DNA from: an uncultured Acidobacteriota bacterium
GTDB taxonomy: Bacteria > Acidobacteriota > Thermoanaerobaculia > UBA5066 > Gp7-AA6
Assembly (NCBI GenBank): GCA_963742245.1
Contig: CAVULG010000007.1
Coordinates: 1,003,834-1,067,833 of the forward strand
Reading direction: 5' to 3'
DNA length: 64,000 nt
The notes under the pieces were generated by a model. The model did not search any database. It was given only the letters and a program-made list of their open reading frames with translations, and was not told the DNA's origin. Position numbers and translations under genes: made by a program. The stretch's first letter is position 1; every line of letters begins with the position of its first letter. Below are positions 40,481 to 49,959 of the stretch, in pieces.

Positions 40481-42652
40481 ATGAGAAAGCCCTGACGTTC
40501 GTCGACCGGTCTTCACGCTCGCGCGCTCGCGGCGTGCGTGAGGCACCCGTGATCGGCCCGGAGTTCCAGGTCAACACCACCACGGCCGGCATGCAGTACG
40601 GCGCCGGCGGTCGCCGATATCGGGCCCGACTCCAACTTCGTGATCTGTGGTCGGCGGGCGGAGGACAGGACGGCGATCAGACCTCGGCATCTTCGGGCGG
40701 CATGTTCGATGCGACGGGCACCCCTATCGGCGGCGAGATTCCAGTCAACGCCGTGCCCGCCGGGTGACCAGGACCTGATGGAGTCCAGTCGAACTCGGCC
40801 GGGAATTTCGTCGTGGCATGGACGGTACGCGAGCGGAGCGCCCGGTTACGAGATCCGCGCGCGCCGGTTCGACCCCTCGGGCAGCGCCCCAGGGCGTCGA
40901 AATCGTCGTCAACACGTATACGAGCGAGGTCCAGGGTCGTACCCGGACGTCGCGCATCGACAACACCGGCAATTTCGTGGTCGTGTGGACGAGCGGGCAG
41001 GGCCACGACGGCGACGGCTACGGTGTCTTCGGGCCGCCGGTACGACAACGAACGGAGATCCGATCGGGGGGGATTTCAGCTCAACGAGCAGACGACGGGT
41101 TCCCAGACTCTGCCCCGAATTGCGATGGCCCCCGCCGGAGACTTCATCGTCGCGTGGCAGAGCCCGCAGGATCTCTCGGACGGCGGAGTCGTCGCCCGGC
41201 GCTTCGCGTCGAACGGCAGCCCTCTCGGCGGCGAGTTCCTCGTCAATCGAACCGAGCAGCTGGAGCAGGGCGAGCCGGACGTCGCACTGGATCCGGCGGG
41301 AAACTCGATCATCGTGTGGACGAGCTACGGGCAGGACGGCGACGGACCCGGTGTCTACGGCCAGCGCCTCGATCCTTCTGGAAGCAAGTCGGTCCGGAGT
41401 TCAACGTCAACACCGTCACCACCTCCTTCCAGGGCCAGCCTCGGGTCGCCGCGTCTCCGAGCCCGGATCGCTCCGTCGTCGCATACCAGAGCAACAGCGG
41501 GGCCGATCCGGGAATAGCGAACCAGGCATTTGACCAGACGGGCCGGCGTTTCATGGAGGAGCTGCCGGTGCAGTCCTACGGAACCGGGGCCCAGATCCAG
41601 CCCGCGATCGCCGCACAGCCGAACGGCCAGGTCGTCATCGCATGGAGCAGCGAAGCCGTCGACGGGTCGGAGTTCGGCATCGCGGCGCGCGTCGGAGGGT
41701 ATCCGCGCGTCGAGCTCACGCGCGTCGACGTGGCCCACTCGATCGGGGAGTCTCCGAACGGAGCGGCGAACAACAACGGCGTGCTGGAGGTCGGAGAGCA
41801 CGTGAACGTCGAGCCCGCGTACCGGAACCTCGGAACCGCGCCGCTCGCCTTGACCGAAACCCTGACGGGCATCCTGGGCGACACGGGGCCGACGTATACG
41901 ATCGACGACGACACCGCGGACTACGCCACCCTCGATCCGAATGAGCTCGACGACTGCTTCGGGAACGCGGGAGGCTGCTTCACGATCGGAGCCGTCGGGG
42001 AGCGCCCCGAAGCGCAACACGCGGACATCCAGCTCTCCCTGGAGCTGTCGTACCACGCCTTCGAGAGGGCGGCGACCGTGCACATCGGAGAGAGCTTCGC
42101 CGACGTACCGGTCACCAACCCCTTCTATGCGTTCGTCGAGAACCTTTTCCACAACGAGGTCACGGGCGGCTGTGCGGGCGGCGGCTACTGCCCCGGCAAC
42201 ATCGTCACCCGCGCGCAGATGGCGGTTTTCCTGATGAAATCGCGCTGGGGGGCCGGATTCATCCCCGCCCCGGCCACGGGAACCGCGTTTCCGGACGTTT
42301 CCGCGGACAATCCCTTCGCCCCGTGGATCGAGGAACTCGTGCGGGAGGGCATCACAGCGGGCTGCGGCGCCGGCCTCTACTGCCCGAACAATCCCGTGAC
42401 CCGCCAGCAGATGGCCGTCTTCCTGCTCAAGACGAAGAACGGAGCGGATTACATCCCGCCGAACGGCATCGGCCTGTTCGACGACGTCGAGCCCTGCCCG
42501 GGGATCGTCTGCAACTTCATCGAGGAGCTCTACAACCAGAACGTCACCGGCGGGTGCAACCCGAGTCCCCTTTCGTATTGCCCGGGCAATCCGTGGTTCG
42601 CCAGCAGATGGCCGTCTTCCTCGTGAAAACGTTCGGGCTCCAGCTCAACTGA
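40481..42652 (+). pseudogene. Paralog E, with many frame breaks in its 5' half and one near the 3' end (a true pseudogene or a consensus artefact)
   Basis: ATG at 40481 (MRK..) is followed by a degraded signal peptide. Modules are recognisable across three frames up to about 41385. The sequence is then intact from 41390 to about 42590 (ORF 40818..42626 frame). A last switch precedes ...VRQQMAVFLVKTFGLQLN. Confidence 0.75.
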
Positions 42653-42676
42653 CCCGACGATCTTGAGGATTGGTTA

Positions 42677-42700
42677 AAGGGCCGCCTCGGCGGCCCTTTT
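42677..42700 (+). terminator. Rho-independent terminator after the paralog array
   Basis: The stem aagggccgcc pairs with ggcggccctt and is followed by ttcatt. Confidence 0.5.
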
Positions 42701-42740
42701 CATTAGAATCCGCTCAATCCGTCACAAAGGGGGTATCCCG

Positions 42741-44471
42741 ATGCGTTCCCGCATTTCTGCGCTCGTTGCCGCCGCCGTGCTGGCCGCCGCCGCTCCCGCG
42801 TCCGCCGCATTTCACGAGATCCACGTCAAGGAGGTCTTCGCGGGCAGCCAGGCCCACCCGAACGCCCAGTACGTCCTTCTCCAGGCCTACAGCCTCGGCC
42901 AGAGCGCGGTCACCGGCCACAGTGTGACGACGTTCGACATCCTTGGCGCGTCGACGGGGACGTTCACCTTCCTTGGCCCCGTCGGCAACGGGGCCGACCA
43001 GATGACGATCTTCGTGGCGACCGCCGAGGCCGCCACGATCTTCGGCATCACCGCCGACCTGGCGATGACCGCCGTGCTCAATCCCAACGGCGGCAAGGTG
43101 TGCTGGGACGGCGCCACCATCGACAGCTGCTTCGTTTGGGGCGGATACGTCGGCTCCGACGTCGGAACGCCCTACAACGTGCCGGGCGGCCTCATCCGCG
43201 GGTATGCCGCGCAACGCCGCCTCGACATCTGCGGCGTCGACGACGAGCTCGAAGCCTGCGACGACACCGACGACAGCGCCAACGACTGGATCACTGTCGT
43301 CCCGCAGCCCATCAAGAACAACGGCACGCCCGGCCAGACGCCGCCGGCGACCTGCGGCAACAACACGGTCGAGGGTCTCGAGAGCTGCGACGACGGCGAC
43401 ACCGAGGGCGGCGACGGCTGCTCCGCCGTCTGCAAGCTCGAGCCCGCCGACCTCATCCCTTCAACGCTCGCCGTCGACATGGTGGACGTCTCGCCCGACA
43501 TCTCCAACATCAACGGCGTCTTCGAACCGGGCGAGACCGTTCGCATCCAACCGACCTGGACTTACACCGGCACGCCCGACGTCGTCCTGACGGGACAGGT
43601 GACCAACTTCACCGGTCCGACGACGGTCTCGCCGCCGAACCCCCGGTACAGGGTTTCCGACGGAGCCGCCGAATACGGGGACGTGTCGATGGGCGACTTC
43701 GTCTCCTGCGCCACGGGGTCCAACTGCTACCTCATCCACGCCGATGCGCTGGGTGCGCGCCCGGCCCAGCACTGGGACGCGACGATCGACGAGATCATGG
43801 ACGCCACGCAGTTCGCTCTCGGCGCCCTGCCCAACCACGGCGTCCAGACTTGGACCCTGCATCTCGGCAACAGCTTCGCCGACGTGCCATCGGACCTTCC
43901 CACGCCGCACCCCTTCTACGCATTCATCGAGAATCTCTTCCACAACGAAATCACCGGAGGCTGCGCAGGCGGCAACTACTGCCCCGCCAATCCCGTCACA
44001 CGCGCGCAGATGGCCGTGTTCCTGCTCAAGGCGAGCCTCGGCGCGGACTACCTTCCCCCGCCCTGCACCGGAACGGTGTTCGGGGACGTGCTCTGCCTCC
44101 CCGGCAACACCTTCGATTCCTGGATCGAAGACCTCGCTGACCGCGGCATCACGAGCGGATGCGGGAACGGCAACTACTGCCCCGGCAACCCGGTGACCCG
44201 GGCACAGATGGCGGTGTTTCTCCTGAGGGCCCTCGAAGGCTCCGCGTACGACCCGCCGGACTGCACGCAGCTCTTCGAAGACGTGCCCTGCACGCCAGGG
44301 GCGGGATTTTCCGACTGGATCAGCGAGCTCTTCGAGCGCGAGATCACGGGCGGCTGCTCGTCGGTGCCGCTGCTTTACTGCCCGGACAACCCGAACAACC
44401 GCGGTCAGATGGCGGTCTTTCTCGTGAAGACGTTCGGGCTGCTGCTCTACGGTTTGCCGGCCGCGAACTGA
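42741..44471 (+). CDS. Secreted protein with an LTD-like N-terminal domain, a Cys-rich CGN..E.CDDG repeat, the middle domain and the triple Cys-SLH-like cassette
   Basis: It has a signal peptide (...AAAPASAA). FHEIHVKEVFAGS...AQYVLLQ is lamin-tail-domain-like. CGNNTVEGLESCDDGDTEGGDGCSAVCKLE resembles the myxococcal cysteine-rich repeat. The cassette ends VKTFGLLLYGLPAAN. Confidence 0.85.
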   Translation: MRSRISALVAAAVLAAAAPASAAFHEIHVKEVFAGSQAHPNAQYVLLQAYSLGQSAVTGHSVTTFDILGASTGTFTFLGPVGNGADQMTIFVATAEAATIFGITADLAMTAVLNPNGGKVCWDGATIDSCFVWGGYVGSDVGTPYNVPGGLIRGYAAQRRLDICGVDDELEACDDTDDSANDWITVVPQPIKNNGTPGQTPPATCGNNTVEGLESCDDGDTEGGDGCSAVCKLEPADLIPSTLAVDMVDVSPDISNINGVFEPGETVRIQPTWTYTGTPDVVLTGQVTNFTGPTTVSPPNPRYRVSDGAAEYGDVSMGDFVSCATGSNCYLIHADALGARPAQHWDATIDEIMDATQFALGALPNHGVQTWTLHLGNSFADVPSDLPTPHPFYAFIENLFHNEITGGCAGGNYCPANPVTRAQMAVFLLKASLGADYLPPPCTGTVFGDVLCLPGNTFDSWIEDLADRGITSGCGNGNYCPGNPVTRAQMAVFLLRALEGSAYDPPDCTQLFEDVPCTPGAGFSDWISELFEREITGGCSSVPLLYCPDNPNNRGQMAVFLVKTFGLLLYGLPAAN

Positions 44472-44526
44472 TCGACGACCGACGCCTCCCGCCGACCCCA
44501 CGGCGCGACTCCTGTAGTCTCGCGCC

Positions 44527-44994
44527 GTGGGGACGCTTCTGGCCGCCGCCGCAGGGCTGATTGCGCTCGGCGGCGCCGCCGTCCTGGTCCCTCGCCTCCT
44601 CATCACGCGGGCGCAGGATCGCCTCGCGCGGCGCCTCCTCGAAGGCGCTCCCGACGGCTTCCGCCTCCTGACCCGGGCCGAACGGGTCAATGGTCCGTAC
44701 CGTCGTACACCCGGGATTCTCGGTCTGACCGGAAACGCCGTGGTCTTCGAGGGTCTCTTCGGCGAGAACGAAACCCTGCCGACCTCCCGCATCGAGAAAA
44801 TCGCCACAGGCCAGCGCCTCGCCTCCGGGCGGAGGCTCCTGCGGCTCGAGGTCCTGCGTTTCACGAGCACCGGCGGCGAGAAACTCGAGTTCGTCCTGCC
44901 ACGCGCGTCGGCCGGCGCGTGGCGGAGCCACCTCGGCCTCTGGGCCGGGGCGCAGCGGCTGGCCGCGGCCGACGAGGTCACGCCGGGCCGCTAG
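44527..44994 (+). CDS. Hypothetical membrane-anchored protein (155 aa)
   Basis: It has a GTG start and an N-terminal TM helix. The start codon lies inside a 13-bp perfect stem (44497-44509 pairing with 44520-44532), so the start and the expression are uncertain. Confidence 0.4.
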   Translation: MGTLLAAAAGLIALGGAAVLVPRLLITRAQDRLARRLLEGAPDGFRLLTRAERVNGPYRRTPGILGLTGNAVVFEGLFGENETLPTSRIEKIATGQRLASGRRLLRLEVLRFTSTGGEKLEFVLPRASAGAWRSHLGLWAGAQRLAAADEVTPGR

Positions 44995-45020
44995 GATTCC
45001 TTCGCTATAGTCAGCCGGCC

Positions 45021-45971
45021 ATGAAACCTCGCTTCGCCGCTTTTCTCGCCGCCGCGTTCGGAGCGGCGGCCACGATGAGTGCCCAGACGCCGGCGGAGCC
45101 GCGTCTCCTCGCTCCCGGCATCGTCTCGACCGGCGACATCGAGTTCAGCCCCGCGCTCACGCCCGACGGGAAGACGCTCTACTTCACCAAGGGCAGCCCT
45201 GGCATGAAGCGCGCGATGTGGATCGTCGTTTCGAGGCTCCAGAACGGTGCATGGACGGCGCCGGAGATCGCACCGTTCTCGGGGCGTTACAACGACATCG
45301 ATCCGACGATCTCTCCCGACGGGAAGCGCCTGTTCTTCGCGTCGACGCGTCCCACGGAAGGCACCGCACCGAAGAAGGACTTCGACCTCTGGGTCATGGA
45401 GAAGACGGCCTCCGGCTGGAGTGAGCCGCGGAACCTCGGCTCCCCCGTCAACAGCTCCGGCTCGGAAACGACGACGTCGGTCGCTTCCGACGGCACGCTC
45501 TACATCGGGGCATCCGGCCGGGAAGGAGGCCCGCGGACGGGGCGAAGGCTCTACCGTGCGCGGTGGGCGAATGGCGGCTACGAAGCTCCGGAGGCGCTGC
45601 TCGCTCCCGTGGACGGAGGCGAGGAGGACTCCAACCAATACGTCTCTCCCGACGGCCGCTTCATGATCTTCATGTCTCGCCGGCAGGGAGCGGACGCGCG
45701 TCTCTACGTCACATACCTCGAGAGCGGCGCCTGGTCGAGCCCGGCTCCGATCGACGCGCCATGGAACGCCGCCTACGCGCCGTACACTCCGCTGCTCTCC
45801 CCTGACGGGAAGACCTTCTACTTCACGAGCCAGAGAGGCGCCTTCGACGAGGCTCCGTTCGCTCCAATGCCGTACGATCGGTTCCTGAAGGCGATCCGCG
45901 CTCCCGGCAACGGACTCGCCGACATCTACGAGCTTCCCGTCGAGGCCCTCGCGCTGCGCGCCCCGCGCTAG
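45021..45971 (+). CDS. Periplasmic TolB-like / PD40 (WD40-like) beta-propeller repeat protein
   Basis: It has a signal peptide and repeated [SP]PDGK.L[YF]F.S motifs, which is the PD40 repeat. Confidence 0.8.
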   Translation: MKPRFAAFLAAAFGAAATMSAQTPAEPRLLAPGIVSTGDIEFSPALTPDGKTLYFTKGSPGMKRAMWIVVSRLQNGAWTAPEIAPFSGRYNDIDPTISPDGKRLFFASTRPTEGTAPKKDFDLWVMEKTASGWSEPRNLGSPVNSSGSETTTSVASDGTLYIGASGREGGPRTGRRLYRARWANGGYEAPEALLAPVDGGEEDSNQYVSPDGRFMIFMSRRQGADARLYVTYLESGAWSSPAPIDAPWNAAYAPYTPLLSPDGKTFYFTSQRGAFDEAPFAPMPYDRFLKAIRAPGNGLADIYELPVEALALRAPR

Positions 45972-45989
45972 CGCTCGCCGATTCTCGCG

Positions 45990-47659
45990 ATGCACGAAGA
46001 GACGGCGCTCATCGCGACGATCGCCGGCGGACTCGGACTCGCGTTCCTCTTCGGGCTCGTCGCCGTGCGTCTCAGGCTGCCGCCCCTCGTCGGCTATCTG
46101 CTGGCCGGCGTGGCCGTCGGGCCGTTCACGCCCGGGTTCGTGGCCGACGCGGGGCTCGCGTCGCAGCTCGCCGAGATCGGCGTCATCCTGCTGATGTTCG
46201 GCGTCGGGCTGCACTTCTCGCCCGCCGACCTCTTGGCCGTGCGGCGCATCGCCGTGCCCGGGCGCCATCGCGCAGATCGCGGCGGCCACGGTCCTCGGCG
46301 TGTTCGTCTCGCACCTCTGGGGCTGGTCGTGGGGATCGGGACTGGTGTTCGGCCTCTGCCTGTCGGTCGCGAGCACCGTCGTGCTGCTGCGAGCGCTCGA
46401 GGACCGCGGCAGCGCTCGAGACCGGCGACGGACGGATCGCCGTCGGCTGGCTGATCGTCGAGGACCTCGCTGACGGTGCTCGTCGCTCGTGCTTCTGCCG
46501 GCGCTCGGCGACGCCGCTCGGCGGAGACGCGGCGAGCGGCCGCGCCCGACGCGGACCCGTCGGCGCGGCGATCGCGCTGGCACGCTCGCCAAGGTCGCGG
46601 CGTTCGTCGGCGCTCATGCTCGTCGTCGGACGCCGGGCGGTCCCCTGGCTCCTCGAGCGCGTCGCCCGCACCGGGTCGCGCGAGCTCTTCACGCTGGCCG
46701 TGCTCGCGATCGCCCTCGGCATCGCCGTCGGGCGCTGCGTCGCTCTTCGGCGTCTCGTTCGCGCTGGGCGCGTTCTTCGCCGGCGTCGTGATCAGCGAGT
46801 CCGACCTCGCCACCAAGGCCGCCTCCGACGCGCTGCCGCTCCAGGACGCTTTCGCCGTGCTCTTCTTCGTGTCGGTCGGGATGCTGTTCGATCCGATGAT
46901 CCTCGTGCGCGAGCCACTCGAGGTGCTCGCGCGTCGTCGCTGATCATCATGGTCGGCAAGTCGCTCGCGGCGCTCGCCATCGTCCTCGCGTTCCGCCAGC
47001 CCCTCCACACCGCGCTCACCATCTCGGCGAGCCTGGCGCAGATCGGCGAGTTCTCGTTCATCCTCGCCGCTCTCGGCCTGTCGCTGGGACTGCTGCCTCC
47101 CGATGCCCAGAGTCTGATCGTCGCCGGCGCGCTGATCTCGATCACGCTCAACCCACTCATGTTCGCCGCGATCGCCTCGATCGAGTCCCGGCTCGCGACG
47201 CAAAGGCCCGCCCGGATGACACAGGACATCGCGATTCCGAGGCAATTACGCGCGCACACGGTGCTCGTCGGACACGGCCGCGTCGGAGGGCGGGTGGCCG
47301 CCGCGCTCGGTGCCCACGGCCTGCCATTCGTCGTGGTGGAGGCCGACCTCGACAGCGCGACCGTCCTCCTCAAGCAGGGCATTCCGGTCGTTTACGGCGA
47401 CGCGGCCCGGCCCGGCGTGCTCGAGCACGCCGGTGTCAAGGACGCCCGCCTCCTCGTGATCACGGCCCCGGACGCCTTCCAGGCCCGGGCCGCGATCGAG
47501 CTGGCGCGACGCGCGCAACCCGAGATCGACATCGTCGTTCGCACCCACAGCGACGCCGAGCTCGAATTCCTCGAGGGCAAGAACGTCGGAAGGGCGGTCA
47601 TGGGCGAGCACGAGCTCGCCGAAGCCATGGCCCGCTACGCTCTGGAAAGACTCGGGTAG
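45990..47659 (+). pseudogene. Cation:proton antiporter (CPA2, YbaL/KefB-like) with a C-terminal RCK/TrkA-N domain, broken by about 6 frame shifts between 46260 and 46930
   Basis: The N-terminus is MHEETALIATIAGGLGLAFLFG...GVILLMFGVGLHFS. The homologous sequence continues in alternating frames (ORFs 45990.., 46476.., 46616..). It is intact from about 46940 through the Rossmann-type HTVLVGHGRVGG domain. Confidence 0.8.
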
Positions 47660-47686
47660 GTGTATACCCTCCTTCAGGAGGATCCG

Positions 47687-48436
47687 ATGCCTGTTCTCCG
47701 CGCTCTATTCGTTGGCTTCGCCCTCACGGCTCTGATCGGCCTTGGAACCGCATCCGCCCAGTCTTACGGCCTCGGGGACCAGGTCCTCACGTTGCCTCCG
47801 GCAGCGTTTCGAGACTCGAATAGTTCCGCCCACAGCTTCTTGAATTTGTTCATCGATGCGTATCTCTACCCAAGCTTGACGGATGGAACAGCTGACCTGA
47901 TGGCTCCCCTGACGCTCCCGAACGGCGCCGAGATCTTTCAGATGTGCCTCTACAGCAATCTCCCCGGATCCGGCTCAGCGAGCGCCGGGATCAGCGTATC
48001 GAAGCTCGTTCCAGGCGGGGAAAGCCCTTTCGTGTCAATCGTCCCGGGTTCCGTGCTTTTCGACAGCACCGCGACCGGCTACCGCGTCCTGTGTACGGAT
48101 CCCTTCTCGTACGTTTTTCACGACTCCGCGGATGTCGACGGGGTTCCTGGTGGGGATCTCATCGCCCACTACGTCCGCGCCACCTTGAGCGGTGCATCCG
48201 CCGGTTTTGGCGGCGTCCGCATCGCCTGGCGCCGCCAGGTCTCCCCGCCGCCCGGGTCGCCGACGTTCGGCGACGTCCCGCCCCTGGACCCGGCCTTCTC
48301 GTTCATCGAGGCCCTCGTCGCCTCGGGAGTCACGGTGGGATGCGGTGGCGGGAACTACTGCCCCGACAGCCCGATCACGCGGCGGCAGATGGCCGTTTTT
48401 CTGGCGAAAGCGCTGGGCCTGCACTGGCCGTTCTGA
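47687..48436 (+). CDS. Small secreted protein with an unknown N-terminal domain and a single Cys-SLH-like repeat
   Basis: ATG at 47687 is preceded by CAGGAGGA, and it has a signal peptide. The C-terminus is FGDVPPLDPAFSFIEALVASGVTVGCGGGNYCPDSPITRRQMAVFLAKALGL. Confidence 0.75.
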   Translation: MPVLRALFVGFALTALIGLGTASAQSYGLGDQVLTLPPAAFRDSNSSAHSFLNLFIDAYLYPSLTDGTADLMAPLTLPNGAEIFQMCLYSNLPGSGSASAGISVSKLVPGGESPFVSIVPGSVLFDSTATGYRVLCTDPFSYVFHDSADVDGVPGGDLIAHYVRATLSGASAGFGGVRIAWRRQVSPPPGSPTFGDVPPLDPAFSFIEALVASGVTVGCGGGNYCPDSPITRRQMAVFLAKALGLHWPF

Positions 48437-48440
48437 CTCG

Positions 48441-48469
48441 TGGCTGTGGGGGGTGGACTCGAACCACCG
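48441..48469 (-). repeat. 29-nt exact copy of the 3' end of tRNA-Asn (att-like direct repeat), not a complete tRNA
   Basis: Sequence 48441-48469 (tggctgtggggggtggactcgaaccaccg) is identical to 50196-50224. It covers CCA, discriminator, acceptor 3' strand and T-arm. The upstream sequence cannot form the D or anticodon arms. Confidence 0.8.
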
Positions 48470-48486
48470 GGTGAGCGAGTCCTGCC

Positions 48487-49959
48487 TCATGCCGGCAACT
48501 GACCGTCTTCCGACTTTCGATAGGCGTGGCTGTCGTGATCCAGGGCTCCAGCCGGGAGCCAATTCCAAAGTGCTCCGAGGTCTTTGCGCACCTGGTCGGC
48601 GTAGAAAGCGGGCAGCGTGGCGGTCTCCTGGGCGAAATAGCGCTGGACGTCCTTGTCGCCGTCGAGCCGCCGCCGCAGTTCCCCGTAGTGCGCGAGCCGG
48701 CCAAATCCTTCCGACGAGACTGCCCGGACCACGTTCAGCCAGCGCGGGATCGTCATCCTGGTCGCTCGGAAACGATTCACGATGGCGCGTCCCGAAAACG
48801 TGTGCCTGGTCAGACTGATGACGTGGTCGTAGAAGTCACGCCAGGAGTAGTTCTTCGGCTTGATGTTCATGGCGTGATTGTTGTCGAGAAAGTGGAATGG
48901 GAATGGAAGCACGCGATTGGCGCGCTGGTATTGGAGGTTCAACGGCGCCGCCCTTCCGAACGCGGAGAGAAGCGAATAGCCGGGGAACGCCCCGGGAGTC
49001 ATGTCCACGAAGCGTTTCGTCAGCTCGAACGGCTCCTCCCCCTCGTCCGAGTCGAGCCCGAGCACGAAGTTGGTCTGGACGTAGGGGACGTATTTCTGGA
49101 TCAGGTTGACGTGCTCGGAGACCTGGCGGACTTTGTCGATTCCCTTGAGCTGGCCGGTCTTGGACTTGTTGCCGAGCTCGTACCACGATTCGACGCCGGG
49201 CAGCAGGACCTTGAATCCGCTGTGCTGGAGCCGCTTCAGATGCGGCTCCGACAGGAGAGACAGGCTGCTTTCCGCGACGAAATCAATCCGGTTGGGCGGC
49301 ACCGCCCGGTCGATCGCGTCCAGGTAGTCGTCGAATTGAACCCCGAAGTTCGGGTCGTGCCAGCCGACGCGCGGCCGCTTCAGGGTCTTCAGGAGGAACC
49401 GCAGGTCATCGGAGAGAACACCCAGGTCGAGCGGCTGATACGGGACGACCGAATCGATACAAAAGCTGCAGGTGTAGGGACACCCCAGACTGCCGATCAT
49501 CGGCACGAGCTTGAACAGCGGGGCCTTCCGGAGCGTCGGCTCGATGAACTTCCAGCGCTCGCGCACGCCCGGGAGGGATACAGGCTGCCGCTTCGCCGCA
49601 AGGTGCACGCCGATCGGCCGGTGCGGAGAGCATTCCCGCAGCACCTCACGGATCAGAGTGTGGTCGGTGAAGCCGAGGACATAGTCGAAGTACTTCCGGG
49701 CGTCCTCCGGGTAGCAGCGGGCGTGCGGACCACCCAGGACAGTGACGGCTCCCTTCGATCGGAAGAGGTTGGAGAGCGCATAGGCGAGGAGGGCGGCCTC
49801 CGTGAACGCGCCGATGAAGACGAGATCGACCTGCTCCGGCAGTTCGTCGGCCAGGTCCTCGAGACCGGTGTAGCAGACGAAGGTGACCTCGTGCCCTTCC
49901 GCTTCGCACCACGTCGCCACGACCTGCGGCATGATGCTGGCGAGGTTCGCGTTCATCAC
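48487..49959 (-). CDS. B12-binding-domain radical SAM protein, N-terminus unresolved
   Basis: It has the CPYTCSFC (CxxxCxxC) cluster motif and an N-terminal cobalamin-binding-like Rossmann segment. The frame stays open and protein-like (..RKLRIGVIDLVTKGPTRALYARV) for 27 or more codons upstream of the first GTG/ATG. Confidence 0.85.
   Translation of the reverse strand: MMNANLASIMPQVVATWCEAEGHEVTFVCYTGLEDLADELPEQVDLVFIGAFTEAALLAYALSNLFRSKGAVTVLGGPHARCYPEDARKYFDYVLGFTDHTLIREVLRECSPHRPIGVHLAAKRQPVSLPGVRERWKFIEPTLRKAPLFKLVPMIGSLGCPYTCSFCIDSVVPYQPLDLGVLSDDLRFLLKTLKRPRVGWHDPNFGVQFDDYLDAIDRAVPPNRIDFVAESSLSLLSEPHLKRLQHSGFKVLLPGVESWYELGNKSKTGQLKGIDKVRQVSEHVNLIQKYVPYVQTNFVLGLDSDEGEEPFELTKRFVDMTPGAFPGYSLLSAFGRAAPLNLQYQRANRVLPFPFHFLDNNHAMNIKPKNYSWRDFYDHVISLTRHTFSGRAIVNRFRATRMTIPRWLNVVRAVSSEGFGRLAHYGELRRRLDGDKDVQRYFAQETATLPAFYADQVRKDLGALWNWLPAGALDHDSHAYRKSEDGQLPA

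Noticed and set aside
39183-41390. Programmed -1 ribosomal frameshifting at the shared break point of paralogs D and E (re-reading one base would restore S-L-GPEF and K-V-GPEF)
   Set aside because: There is no X-XXY-YYZ slippery heptamer or obvious downstream stimulatory structure at either site. Both genes also contain several additional, non-shared frame breaks, so a dedicated recoding mechanism is not supported.
44497-44532. A 13-bp perfect stem-loop after the 42741-44471 gene, considered as an intrinsic terminator
   Set aside because: No T-run follows, and the 3' arm contains the putative GTG start of the next ORF. It may attenuate or occlude that start, but I could not support calling it a terminator.
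48441-48520. A second tRNA gene next to the small Cys-SLH gene
   Set aside because: Only the T-arm, acceptor 3' strand and CCA are present (29 nt). The adjacent sequence cannot form the anticodon arm, the D arm or a complementary 5' acceptor strand. I therefore treat it as an att-like partial duplication.
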